DNA of 64,000 nucleotides from an uncultured Eubacterium sp. (GTDB taxonomy: Bacteria > Bacillota > Clostridia > Lachnospirales > Lachnospiraceae), in NCBI GenBank assembly GCA_945910225.1, contig CAMDYG010000009.1, forward strand, positions 35 to 64,034, given 5' to 3'. Below the pieces are notes generated by a model that saw nothing but the letters and a program-made list of their open reading frames with translations, was not told where the DNA came from and did no database searches. This document shows positions 51,150 to 61,017 of the stretch, piece by piece. The position numbers were made by a program, and so were the translations under genes. Every line of letters starts with the position of its first letter. Position 1 is the stretch's first letter.

Positions 51150-51185
51150 ACCTGCTAAATATATTAAAATGTAATATTAGTAGGC
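51150..51185. repeat. Isolated variant copy of the CCTACTAAA inverted-repeat unit
   Basis: ACCTGCTAAA-N16-ATTAGTAGGC. Confidence 0.6.
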
Positions 51186-51218
51186 AAAATGTGACAATCA
51201 GGATACAAAATTATAAGG

Positions 51219-51268
51219 AAAAGTCCCCGGAGAAATCAGTGAAGAAATGATTTCCCCGGGGCTTTTTT
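51219..51268 (+). terminator. Terminator of the cadA operon
   Basis: AAGTCCCCGG...CCGGGGCTT stem plus T6. Confidence 0.8.
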
Positions 51269-51324
51269 GCGTCCATTGGAAATATGTGCCACACATAATT
51301 TTTATATCAGTGTACAGAAAATAT

Positions 51325-51363
51325 TACAACTGTCTTGTCACATGTAAACATTCATGGTATACT
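51325..51363 (+). promoter_or_regulatory. NiaR operator overlapping the nad promoter
   Basis: TACAACTGTCTTGTCACATGTA (51325-51346) resembles the NiaR palindrome TACA.GTGTC..GACAC.TGTA. Promoter TTGTCA-17-TATACT. Confidence 0.75.
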
Positions 51364-51426
51364 CTAACGCAATGTATGTAAAACACAAGTCAAGCATATG
51401 TAAACAACAACGATTGGAGAAGTAAT

Positions 51427-52332
51427 ATGTCAGTAACAAGCGATATTTTAAAATTAAAAAAAGAAAAGAATGCAGTTATTCTTGCACATTATTATGTAGA
51501 TGAGGATGTTCAGGAAGTGGCAGATTATGTTGGCGATTCTTTTTATCTTAGTAAGGTAGCTACGAAAGTGAATCAGGATATTATAGTGTTCGCAGGTGTT
51601 GAATTCATGGGAGAGAGTGCCAAGATTCTTAATCCGGGAAAGAAAGTCCTTATGCCAGAGCCGGGAGCTGACTGCCCGATGGCACATATGGCAACGAAGG
51701 AAGAGATTCTTAAGATGAGAGAGCAGTATGATGACCTGGCTGTAGTCTGTTACATTAATTCAACAGCAGAATTAAAGACATATTCAGACGTATGTGTAAC
51801 ATCATCCAATGCAGTAAAGATTGTAAAAAATCTTCCTAATAAGAATATATTCTTTATTCCTGACCAGAATCTTGGAAGATTCGTTGCTAAGCAGGTTCCA
51901 GAGAAAAATGTGATTCTTAATAAGGGCTTCTGCCCAAGACATGTTGCAATAACAGAGGATATGGTTATTGAGGCTAAGAAGAAATATCCACAGGCAAAGC
52001 TTGCTGCACATCCAGAGTGTACAGAGGAAGTGCTTAAATATGCTGATTACATAGGAAGTACATCAGGAATTATCGATTATGTAGTAGATACAGATAACGA
52101 AGAATTCATAATAGCAACAGTAGATGGTGTATTTGGAGAGATAAGAAAGAAAGCACCGGGAAAGAAACTGTACACATTAAAGCCAGACCAGGTATGTGTC
52201 AACATGAAGATGGTAACTCCGGATAAAGTGCTTGATGTGCTTGAGCAGGAAAACAACGAAGTATTTGTTGATGAAGAAGTTGCACAGAAAGCAATGAAGC
52301 CGCTTACAAGGATGTTGGAACTTGCTAAGTAA
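51427..52332 (+). CDS. nadA: Quinolinate synthase
   Basis: ILAHYY, GVEFMGESAKIL, ADCPMA, CYINS, FCPRH, AHPEC and C.NMK. Confidence 0.97.
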   Translation: MSVTSDILKLKKEKNAVILAHYYVDEDVQEVADYVGDSFYLSKVATKVNQDIIVFAGVEFMGESAKILNPGKKVLMPEPGADCPMAHMATKEEILKMREQYDDLAVVCYINSTAELKTYSDVCVTSSNAVKIVKNLPNKNIFFIPDQNLGRFVAKQVPEKNVILNKGFCPRHVAITEDMVIEAKKKYPQAKLAAHPECTEEVLKYADYIGSTSGIIDYVVDTDNEEFIIATVDGVFGEIRKKAPGKKLYTLKPDQVCVNMKMVTPDKVLDVLEQENNEVFVDEEVAQKAMKPLTRMLELAK

Positions 52333-52373
52333 GACAGATATCTGATATAGAGCAGAAAGAATGGAGGTATCCC

Positions 52374-53711
52374 ATGAATAAAACAATTAAAACAGATGTG
52401 CTGATAGCCGGATGTGGCTGTTCAGGCCTTTATATGGCAATGAATCTGCCTTCTGATAAGAACATACTTATGATAACCAAGTCTGATTGTGAGAGCAGTG
52501 ATTCATTTCTCGCACAGGGTGGTATGTGCATGTTAAAATGTGAAGAAGATTATGACAGTTATTTTGAAGATACAATGAAGGCTGGTCATTATGAAAATGA
52601 TAAGAAGTCCGTTGAAATAATGATCCGTTCATCAGCAGAGGTTGTAAAAGATCTTGTTGCATGTGGTGCAAGATTTGCAAGAGAAGCTGACGGAAGTCTT
52701 GCATATACAAGAGAAGGAGCACACTCATCTAACAGAATAATATTTCACAAAGATGTAACAGGTAAAGAGATAACAAGCCATCTGTTAGAGAAGGTGAGAA
52801 CACTTCCTAATGTGACGATTATGGAATACACAAGACTGCTTGATATAATAAGCAGGGATAACAGATGTCTTGGTGCGGTTATAAGAACTGAAGATGGAGA
52901 ACTTGTGAAGGTAGAGGCTTCAGATGTTGTGCTTGCCACAGGTGGAATTGGAGGGTTATACAGACATTCAACTAATTTCAGACATCTTACAGGTGATGCA
53001 ATAGCCATTGCAATAAAGCATGGTGTAGAATTAAAAGATATTAATTATGTCCAGATTCATCCTACAACATTTTACTCTGATAAAGAGGAGGACAGGAGTT
53101 TTCTTATATCTGAATCAGTAAGAGGTGAGGGCGCAAAGCTTTATGATAAGAATGGAAAGAGATTTGTTAATGAGCTGCTTCCAAGAGACCTGCTAACAGA
53201 GGAGATTAGAAAGCAGATGGCAAAGGATAATACAGATTTTGTATGGGAAGACTTAAGAACAATTCCAGAAGAAGAATTAAAGACACATTTTCCTAATATC
53301 GTGCAGCATTGTCTTGATAAGGGATATGACCCATTTAAGGAATGTATTCCGGTTGTTCCTGCACAGCATTATTTCATGGGAGGAATCAAGGTAGACCATG
53401 AAAGCAGAACAACAATGGATAATCTGTATGCGGTAGGAGAGACTGCGTGCAACGGGGTTCATGGAAGAAACAGGCTTGCAAGCAATTCACTTCTTGAAAG
53501 TCTTGTATTTGCCAAGAGGGCAGCTCTTGATATTACTGAAAATGCAGTGACAGGACCGACACAGGAAGAACTTGCGTACTTTAATACATTTGATGCGGGA
53601 AAATATGCAGACGAGTCAAAAATTGACGGAGAATATGCAGAATTAGTCAATAAAAAGATTGAAGAGGCAGATAAAGCCTATGAAGAGAGACAGAAAAAGA
53701 ATTATGCATAA
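52374..53711 (+). CDS. nadB: L-aspartate oxidase
   Basis: SFLAQGG, TREGAHS, QIHPT, LISESVRGEG, HYFMGG and HGRNRLASNSLLE. Confidence 0.96.
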   Translation: MNKTIKTDVLIAGCGCSGLYMAMNLPSDKNILMITKSDCESSDSFLAQGGMCMLKCEEDYDSYFEDTMKAGHYENDKKSVEIMIRSSAEVVKDLVACGARFAREADGSLAYTREGAHSSNRIIFHKDVTGKEITSHLLEKVRTLPNVTIMEYTRLLDIISRDNRCLGAVIRTEDGELVKVEASDVVLATGGIGGLYRHSTNFRHLTGDAIAIAIKHGVELKDINYVQIHPTTFYSDKEEDRSFLISESVRGEGAKLYDKNGKRFVNELLPRDLLTEEIRKQMAKDNTDFVWEDLRTIPEEELKTHFPNIVQHCLDKGYDPFKECIPVVPAQHYFMGGIKVDHESRTTMDNLYAVGETACNGVHGRNRLASNSLLESLVFAKRAALDITENAVTGPTQEELAYFNTFDAGKYADESKIDGEYAELVNKKIEEADKAYEERQKKNYA

Positions 53712-53737
53712 TATTAATATAGAAATGGAGAAATGAT

Positions 53738-54598
53738 ATGTTTGATAAAGTTACTTTAAAGTTAAATGTAGACCCACTTATTCTTGGAGCGCTTAAAGAG
53801 GACATTACAAGTGAAGATGTTTCAACTAACAGTGTTATGCCAGAACCAAAGCTTGGAGAGGTAGAACTTATATGCAAGCAGGATGGAATAATATGTGGTC
53901 TGCAGGTGTTTGCAAGGACATTTGAACTGCTTGATGAAGATACCGAGATTACATTTTATGCAAAAGACGGGGATGAAGTTAAAAATGGACAGAAAATGGC
54001 AGTCGTAAGAGGAGATATCAGAGTGCTTCTGTGTGGAGAGAGAACAGCACTTAATTATCTTCAGAGAATGAGTGGAATCGCTACATATACTAATGGAGTT
54101 GCGAAGCTGCTTACAGGAACTAAGACAAAGCTTCTTGATACAAGAAAGACATCGCCTAACAATCGTATATTTGAAAAATATGCAGTAAGAGTTGGTGGCG
54201 GTAACAATCACAGATATAATCTTACGGACGGAGTACTTCTTAAAGATAATCATATAGGAGCAGCAGGAGGAGTACGTCAGGCAGTCACAATGGCAAAGGA
54301 ATATGCGCCATTTGTAAGAAAGATAGAGGTGGAAGTTGAGAATCTTGCAATGGTAAGGGAAGCTGTAGAAGCAGGAGCAGACATAATTATGCTAGATAAT
54401 ATGAGCCATGAAGATATGAAAGAAGCCATGGGAATAATCAACGGCAAGGCATTAGTCGAAGTATCAGGTAATGTAACCAAAGAAAATATTGCCAAACTGA
54501 CAGATCTTGGTGTAGACTTTGTATCAAGTGGTGCATTAACACATTCAGCACCAATAATGGATATTTCATTAAAGAATCTTCATCCTGTAGAAGAATAG
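53738..54598 (+). CDS. nadC: Nicotinate-nucleotide pyrophosphorylase (carboxylating)
   Basis: ERTALNYLQRMSGIAT, DTRKT, HRY.L.D..LLKDNH and IMLDNM. Confidence 0.97.
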   Translation: MFDKVTLKLNVDPLILGALKEDITSEDVSTNSVMPEPKLGEVELICKQDGIICGLQVFARTFELLDEDTEITFYAKDGDEVKNGQKMAVVRGDIRVLLCGERTALNYLQRMSGIATYTNGVAKLLTGTKTKLLDTRKTSPNNRIFEKYAVRVGGGNNHRYNLTDGVLLKDNHIGAAGGVRQAVTMAKEYAPFVRKIEVEVENLAMVREAVEAGADIIMLDNMSHEDMKEAMGIINGKALVEVSGNVTKENIAKLTDLGVDFVSSGALTHSAPIMDISLKNLHPVEE

Positions 54599-54642
54599 AA
54601 ACGGATATCTGCAGAGACTGCATTAATAGAGGAGAGGTAGTC

Positions 54643-55185
54643 ATGAATGGTGATGAAAGAAGAAAACAAATAATTGATATATTAAAACATTCGTCAAGTC
54701 CTGTTCCGGGAACACAATTGGCACAGATATTAGATGTCAGCAGACAGGTAATAGTTCAGGACATTGCACTGATCAGGGCTAAAGATATAGACATATTTTC
54801 TACTAATCGTGGCTATGTAATCAATGATAAGAAAGAATATAGCCGTATATTTAAGGTGATTCATGAAGATGATGAGGTGGAGACAGAACTTGGAGCAATA
54901 GTTGATATGGGAGGCTGGATAAGGGATGTTTTCGTATATCATAAAGTATATGGTGTTATAAGAGCTGACATGAACATACATTCAAGGAGGGATATTAAGA
55001 AGTACCTTGAAGAGATAGCAAGCGGTAAGAGTAGTTTGTTGAAAAATGTAACATCAGGATATCATTATCATACGATAGTTGCGGATGATGAGCAGACTCT
55101 GGATATTATTCAGGAGGAACTTGGAAGGCTTGGATTCCTTGCAAAATTAAAAGAGTATGAACCTGTTGACTTTTGGAATAAATAA
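54643..55185 (+). CDS. niaR: Niacin-responsive repressor (HTH_11 plus 3H domain)
   Basis: G..LA..L.VSRQVIVQDIALIR, H...H 3H motifs and LKNVTSGYHYH. Last gene of the nad operon. Confidence 0.9.
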   Translation: MNGDERRKQIIDILKHSSSPVPGTQLAQILDVSRQVIVQDIALIRAKDIDIFSTNRGYVINDKKEYSRIFKVIHEDDEVETELGAIVDMGGWIRDVFVYHKVYGVIRADMNIHSRRDIKKYLEEIASGKSSLLKNVTSGYHYHTIVADDEQTLDIIQEELGRLGFLAKLKEYEPVDFWNK

Positions 55186-55223
55186 TGATATATTAGTCAG
55201 GACGGAATAATAATTAATAACGG

Positions 55224-55265
55224 AAAAGGCGCAGGCTGTATTTTGCAGCTTGTGCCTTTTCTTTT
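55224..55265 (+). terminator. Terminator of the nad operon
   Basis: AAAAGGCGCAGGCTG/CAGCTTGTGCCTTTT stem plus a T-tract. Confidence 0.8.
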
Positions 55266-55284
55266 ATTTTTTTAGTCTTTTCTC

Positions 55285-55313
55285 TTGAAAAAAATGTCGA
55301 ACAATGATACTAT
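55285..55313 (+). promoter_or_regulatory. SigA-type promoter of the T7SS locus
   Basis: TTGAAA-17-TACTAT with an extended -10 TG. Confidence 0.6.
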
Positions 55314-55380
55314 TTGTCTGTGTGTTTAGAATGACTTCAAAATAAGTTGTTTACACATTGAACGGGAGGGGAAAATTAAT

Positions 55381-58300
55381 ATGCATGTATCATTGGTCAA
55401 GAGTGCAAGGATATTTGAACTTGTGCTTCCACACACTATTAATGGAGTATATTGGGTAACAGATGTTGATGCAGCAGGTGCATCAAGAAAGTTACTGTCT
55501 ATAGAAGCATCAGAAGGAGGATGGCTCCTTAAGAATACACAACTCGCTTCGGTAAAATCACATAATGATGATATGTTATATCTTAATCCAGGCTCGTTTT
55601 ATAATGTGCAGATTAAAGGAGAAAATGATAAAGTACTTCTTTTTGTTGAAGAAACAACAAAGGACAGAGAAGAATACTATAAGTATGTAACACTGGGGAA
55701 GGTATCAGTTACAATTGGACGTGAGAATTGTGATATAACATACAATAACGCATACACATCTGCACAGCATGCGGTTCTTGAATTTGATGGAAAGAACTGG
55801 ACAATATGCGATAATCAGAGTACTAATGGAACTTATGTTAATGGATACAGAGCAGATAAACAGATGCTCAGACCAGGAGATGTTATATTTATTCTTGGCT
55901 TGAAGATAATAGCAGGTAATGGTTTTGTAGCTGTTAATAATCCTGATGGAAATGTGAAAGTGAACACATCAATACTTGTTCCATATATTAAGCAGGAATC
56001 ACAGGAGAAAGGAGAACTGGTTGTTCCTGTTAAGAAATATTTTTACAGATCTCCGAGATTTAAAAGAGACATATCTAATATCAAAATATCTATTGATTCT
56101 CCACCGCAATCGCAGGTAAAAGAAGATGTTCCAATGGCAATGGTTCTGGGACCTTCTATAACTATGGGATTGGGTTCTGTTTCAATGGCTGTATTTACAA
56201 TAATTAATACAGTAAGTTCGGGCAGATCAATAATGACAGCTATACCAACAATAGCTATGTCATTCTTTATGCTGCTTGGAATGATTTTATGGCCTATTCT
56301 TACGAGAAAACTTAATGATAAGAAAATTCTCAATGAAGAACGTATGCGTCAGGAAAAGTACAGAGAATATCTGAGCAGTATTAATGACGACATAGTAAAA
56401 GAATGTGCAAAGCAGTCAGAAATCCTTAATGAAAATGGCATATCACTTGAAGAGTGCGAAAACAGAATAATGAGTGGCAGTCCTAAGCTCTGGGAAAGAA
56501 TGATATCACATGATGACTTTCTTAAGCTTAAGGTTGGTATGGGAAACCTGAAAGCTGACATTGATATAGATTACCAGAAAAAGAAGTTTACCTTGACAGA
56601 GGATAATCTTTGGGATGACATGCTTGCGCTAGCAGCTGCTCCAATAGTACTTAGAAATGTGCCAGTAACAGTTTCACTTAAAGATAATAACATAGTGGGT
56701 CTGGTCGGCGATAACAGTCAGGAAATTCAACAATATACCAAAGACTGCATTATCCAGCTTTCTGCATTACATAGTTATGATGAACTCAAAATAGTCTATG
56801 TAGGGGATGAACAGACAGATACAGACTGGGAGTTTCTTAAGTGGCTTCCACATTGCTGGGATAACGAAAGAAAGAAAAGATATGTATTAGAATCAGTTAA
56901 TGACTTTAAAGAAATAATTGCAACATTAGATAAAGAATATGATGAGAGAAATGCAATTGTAAATAATACAAGCAAGGCTCCGGAATTCTCGCCATATTAT
57001 CTTATTATTATGAATTCCACTAAAACAGCTAACAAATGTGAGCTTATCAACAAAATATTGAATTCAGACCATAATGCTGGATTTAGTCTGTTATATATAA
57101 GCAGCAAGATCAGCGAACTTCCTAAAGAAACATCAATGGTTGTGGAACTTAATAATGGTAAGGCAAGATTATATAACAAGAATGATCTTTCTGGAGAAAT
57201 AATAGAATTCCAGAAGAATGAGAGTGTAAGAAATCAATATGACATACTTGCAAAGAAGATGCTCAATACAACACTTGATCTTTCTAAGAACTTATATACA
57301 CTGCCTGATATGCTTGATTTTCTGAGCATGTTTAATGTTGGAAAAATAGAACATCTTAATCCATTTGAAAGATGGAAAAATAATGATCCTACATTAAGCC
57401 TTCAGGCTCCGGTAGGTGTTAATACAACTGGAGATCTTTTTATGCTGGATCTTCATGAGAAATTTCAGGGACCGCATGGACTTGTAGCTGGAATGACAGG
57501 ATCAGGAAAAAGTGAGTTTATTATAACATATATATTATCAATGGCTGTTAATTACCATCCGGATGAGGTCGCATTTATCCTTATTGATTATAAAGGTGGC
57601 GGACTTGCAGGTGCGTTTGAGGATGCAGAAAAAGGAATCAAATTACCACATCTTGCCGGTACAATAACTAACCTGGATGGTGCAGCAGTCAAGCGTTCAC
57701 TTATATCAATACAGAGTGAGCTCAGAAGAAGACAGGCTGTATTTAATGAAGCAAGAAAAGTATCTAACGAGGGAACGATAGATATATACAAGTATCAGAA
57801 ATTATACAGGCAGGGAATTGTGAAAGAACCAGTACCACATCTGTTTATAATATCAGATGAATTTGCTGAATTAAAAACACAGCAGCCGGAATTCATGGAA
57901 CAGCTTACAAGTGCAGCCAGAATAGGACGAAGTCTGGGTGTACATCTTATTCTGGCGACACAGAAACCTAATGGAGTGGTTGATGACCAGATATGGAGTA
58001 ATTCACGTTTCAGAGTATGCCTTAAGGTTCAGGATAAAGCAGATAGTAACGACATGATTAAACGCCCGGATGCAGCAGAAATATCTAATACGGGACGTTT
58101 TTATCTGCAGGTCGGATTCAATGAATATTTCGATATGGGACAGTCAGCATGGTGTGGAGCACCTTATTTGCCTACGGATATAGTTAAAGATACAGTGGAT
58201 GATAATGTAGAGATAATAGATAGAATAGGACATGTATTATCGTCAAGTCCGGCAAAGAAAGTGCAGAAGCCAAAGTCAACATCAAAACAGATTGTTGCGA

Positions 58301-59967
58301 TTGTTAAGTATCTGTCTGATATTGCAGAAAAAGAATCAATAAGTGTAAGACCATTGTGGATGAAGGAAATTCCTAAGTTCATAAAGGTTGATGATATAAG
58401 AAATAAATACAACGTAACATATTCTGATGAATATGTCCTTGAACCATTAATTGGTGAACTGGACGATCCATTCAACCAGAGACAGCTTGCAGTAAGAATA
58501 CCATTATCATCAGAAGGCAATGCAGCAGTATATGCATCTTCTGGCGGAGGAAAAACATCATTTATAACAACAATGATGTATGATTTACTGCTCCATCATA
58601 CAGCCAGAACACTTAATGCATACATTATAGATTGCGGAGCAGAGACATTAAAAATGTTTGAAAAGGCGCCACAGGTTGGTGATGTAATATTATCAGGCGA
58701 TACAGAGCGTGTCATTAATTTATTTAAGATGATAAAGAAAGAGATATCATTCAGAAAGAAGTTGTTCTCAGAGTATGGCGGAGATTATGAGAGCTATTGC
58801 AAGAGAAGCAGCAAGAGTCTGCCTAACATATTAGTTGTTATACATAATTATTCTGGCTTTGCTGAGAATTACGAAACACTTGAAGATACAGTTGGATATT
58901 GTACGAGAGAGTGCACTAAATACGGTATATATTTCGTCATTACAGCTTCTGCAACTAATGCAATTAAGTTCAGAATCTTACAGAATATTAAACAGATATA
59001 TCCATTACAGCTTAATGATCAGATGGATTATGTAACACTCCTTGGAACAACACATGGAACATATCCATCATCGGCTAAAGGAAGAGGCTTGATAAAGAAA
59101 GATGAAGTATATGAATTCCAGACAGCATTTGTAGACAAAGAAGATGTAATTCAGGACAGAATTATGGATATGTGTATCAGGCTTAAGGAGGAGAATAAAG
59201 AGCATGTTGCCAGAAAAATACCAATAATGCCAGCAAAGGTTGATGCAGAATTTCTTGCTGATACAGAATTTACGTTGGCAAAGGTTCCAGTTGGTATAGA
59301 CAAGAGCAGTCTTGAAATAGTAAGGCATGACTTCCAGAACAGATGTCTTTCATTAATACTTGGACAGGTATATGAAGATGTAATCTGTACAGCACAGGCA
59401 TTAGCAGAGATTATCAGCATGAACAAAGAGACAGATGTATGTGTCATTGATACAAATGATAATTATGAAGATGACCAGAACAGACAATACACATATATTA
59501 ATTCGGATTATGAAAAAACTGTGGTTGAAATGTTTAATCTGCTTGTCACAAGAAATAATGAATATAAGAAAACAAGAGATAATAGTTCATACAGACATAA
59601 AGTATACATCATTAATTCAATAGCAGATCTGATAGAAAAGCTTACACCTGATGGGAAAGAGAAACTCTCATTACTGCTTGAAAAAACAGAGAAAGAGTAC
59701 AATGTCCATTACATAATAAGTGAACCGCTTACTAATATATCAAAGATAAGCATGACACCATGGTATAAGAAGCATTTTATTATTACAGATGGTATATGGC
59801 TTGGAAATGGATTTACCGATCAGTATACATTAAAGCTTAACAGAACTCCGACAGAATTATATAAGGGCATTGAGGAATGGCAGAGTCTTGATGTGGCGAA
59901 AGGTAATTACAGCCTTATGAAAGCAATCCAGTCAGTAACTAAGGTAGTAGAAGAAGAAACAATATAA
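55381..59967 (+). CDS. essC: Type VII secretion ATPase EssC-like (FHA, TM, FtsK/SpoIIIE domains)
   Basis: 1528 aa. FHA core (IGR...S..HA...D.QSTNGTYVNG), FYRSPR, two TM helices, GPHGLVAGMTGSGKSE, IISDEFAEL, RIGRSLGVHLILATQKP, and a second P-loop ASSGGGKTS. Confidence 0.93.
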   Translation: MHVSLVKSARIFELVLPHTINGVYWVTDVDAAGASRKLLSIEASEGGWLLKNTQLASVKSHNDDMLYLNPGSFYNVQIKGENDKVLLFVEETTKDREEYYKYVTLGKVSVTIGRENCDITYNNAYTSAQHAVLEFDGKNWTICDNQSTNGTYVNGYRADKQMLRPGDVIFILGLKIIAGNGFVAVNNPDGNVKVNTSILVPYIKQESQEKGELVVPVKKYFYRSPRFKRDISNIKISIDSPPQSQVKEDVPMAMVLGPSITMGLGSVSMAVFTIINTVSSGRSIMTAIPTIAMSFFMLLGMILWPILTRKLNDKKILNEERMRQEKYREYLSSINDDIVKECAKQSEILNENGISLEECENRIMSGSPKLWERMISHDDFLKLKVGMGNLKADIDIDYQKKKFTLTEDNLWDDMLALAAAPIVLRNVPVTVSLKDNNIVGLVGDNSQEIQQYTKDCIIQLSALHSYDELKIVYVGDEQTDTDWEFLKWLPHCWDNERKKRYVLESVNDFKEIIATLDKEYDERNAIVNNTSKAPEFSPYYLIIMNSTKTANKCELINKILNSDHNAGFSLLYISSKISELPKETSMVVELNNGKARLYNKNDLSGEIIEFQKNESVRNQYDILAKKMLNTTLDLSKNLYTLPDMLDFLSMFNVGKIEHLNPFERWKNNDPTLSLQAPVGVNTTGDLFMLDLHEKFQGPHGLVAGMTGSGKSEFIITYILSMAVNYHPDEVAFILIDYKGGGLAGAFEDAEKGIKLPHLAGTITNLDGAAVKRSLISIQSELRRRQAVFNEARKVSNEGTIDIYKYQKLYRQGIVKEPVPHLFIISDEFAELKTQQPEFMEQLTSAARIGRSLGVHLILATQKPNGVVDDQIWSNSRFRVCLKVQDKADSNDMIKRPDAAEISNTGRFYLQVGFNEYFDMGQSAWCGAPYLPTDIVKDTVDDNVEIIDRIGHVLSSSPAKKVQKPKSTSKQIVAIVKYLSDIAEKESISVRPLWMKEIPKFIKVDDIRNKYNVTYSDEYVLEPLIGELDDPFNQRQLAVRIPLSSEGNAAVYASSGGGKTSFITTMMYDLLLHHTARTLNAYIIDCGAETLKMFEKAPQVGDVILSGDTERVINLFKMIKKEISFRKKLFSEYGGDYESYCKRSSKSLPNILVVIHNYSGFAENYETLEDTVGYCTRECTKYGIYFVITASATNAIKFRILQNIKQIYPLQLNDQMDYVTLLGTTHGTYPSSAKGRGLIKKDEVYEFQTAFVDKEDVIQDRIMDMCIRLKEENKEHVARKIPIMPAKVDAEFLADTEFTLAKVPVGIDKSSLEIVRHDFQNRCLSLILGQVYEDVICTAQALAEIISMNKETDVCVIDTNDNYEDDQNRQYTYINSDYEKTVVEMFNLLVTRNNEYKKTRDNSSYRHKVYIINSIADLIEKLTPDGKEKLSLLLEKTEKEYNVHYIISEPLTNISKISMTPWYKKHFIITDGIWLGNGFTDQYTLKLNRTPTELYKGIEEWQSLDVAKGNYSLMKAIQSVTKVVEEETI

Positions 59968-59984
59968 AACTATAGGAGCAGACT

Positions 59985-60239
59985 ATGGAAGATAAAGTAT
60001 TAGTGGACATATATGTTCCGGCTTCAGGAAAACAGTATGATGTAAGAATTCCGTTAATAAGTTCAATTGGAGATGTAATCAAAACGATAGCAAGGATGAT
60101 TACAGATATGTCAGATGGAACATTTACGGCATCAGATGACACAATCCTGTGTTTCAGAGATACAGGAACTATCTTAAATATTAACATATCAGTCTATTCT
60201 GCTGGAATAACCAACGGGACTAAGCTGATGTTAATATAG
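59985..60239 (+). CDS. YukD/EsaB-like ubiquitin-fold T7SS protein
   Basis: 84 aa directly after essC. VDIYVP...YDVRIP...I..VIK...GITNGTKLMLI. Confidence 0.8.
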   Translation: MEDKVLVDIYVPASGKQYDVRIPLISSIGDVIKTIARMITDMSDGTFTASDDTILCFRDTGTILNINISVYSAGITNGTKLMLI

Positions 60240-60265
60240 ATTAAACTAAAGAAAGGAGAAATATC

Positions 60266-60577
60266 ATGGCATTAGGTATGATCAAAGTAAGCTTTGAAAG
60301 ACTTAGAAATACATCAAAGAATGTATCTTCAAAGGCTTCAGATTATGAATCAAGTTATAAGCAGCTGTATAACAAAATTGATGAGTTAAAGAGCGCATGG
60401 GATGGAGCGGACAACAAAGTTTACACAGAAAGAATTGAAGGCTTCAGAAATGATTTTGAGTATATGAAGTCATTAATGGATGAGTATGCTTCATATTTAT
60501 CTGCTACAGCAGCAAAGTATGAGGATACACAGAATGAAATTGCAGCAAATGCTAAGAGTCTTAGAATTGACAGATAG
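60266..60577 (+). CDS. WXG100 family protein 1
   Basis: 103 aa helical hairpin with a central W-D-G. Confidence 0.9.
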   Translation: MALGMIKVSFERLRNTSKNVSSKASDYESSYKQLYNKIDELKSAWDGADNKVYTERIEGFRNDFEYMKSLMDEYASYLSATAAKYEDTQNEIAANAKSLRIDR

Positions 60578-60591
60578 GAGGGAAAGAAAAA

Positions 60592-60888
60592 ATGGCAGAT
60601 ATTAATATTACATTTGCCGAGGTGCGAACAAAAGCCTCAGAAATAAGGGGATTAAATGCCGACCTTACTACTAAGTTAGCTGAAATTCAGTCAGAGATCA
60701 AAAAACTTGAAGCTGAGTGGACATCAGACGCTTCAGTAGAGATCAGATCTAAAATCACTAATCTGCAGACTCGTTTTGACGAGTATCAGCAGATTATTGA
60801 GGAATATGCAAAGTTCCTTGATGATACAGCTAATAAGTATGAATCAACAGAGAGTACATTAACTAATAATCTTGGCGCATTTGAATAA
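60592..60888 (+). CDS. WXG100 family protein 2 (W-T-S variant, with YxxxE)
   Basis: 98 aa. I.ITFAEVR..A..I, central EWTSDAS and C-terminal YESTE. Confidence 0.85.
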   Translation: MADINITFAEVRTKASEIRGLNADLTTKLAEIQSEIKKLEAEWTSDASVEIRSKITNLQTRFDEYQQIIEEYAKFLDDTANKYESTESTLTNNLGAFE

Positions 60889-60909
60889 AAAGCGGTGAGA
60901 TAGTTATTG

Positions 60910-60939
60910 GCCATGAACCGGTGAAAGCCGGTTCATGGC
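60910..60939 (+). other. Strong intercistronic hairpin without a U-tract
   Basis: GCCATGAACCGG-TGAAAG-CCGGTTCATGGC, a 12-bp perfect stem. Confidence 0.8.
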
Positions 60940-61017
60940 GTGATTATAAATTAAGAAAATAACAGCCTCACAGCAGGTTGTTCATATAGAAACAGGATGA
61001 CAGATGGAGGGAATAGC

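Noticed and set aside
51325-55185. nadABC-niaR with an operator
   Set aside because: A known NiaR regulon architecture. Listed as features only.
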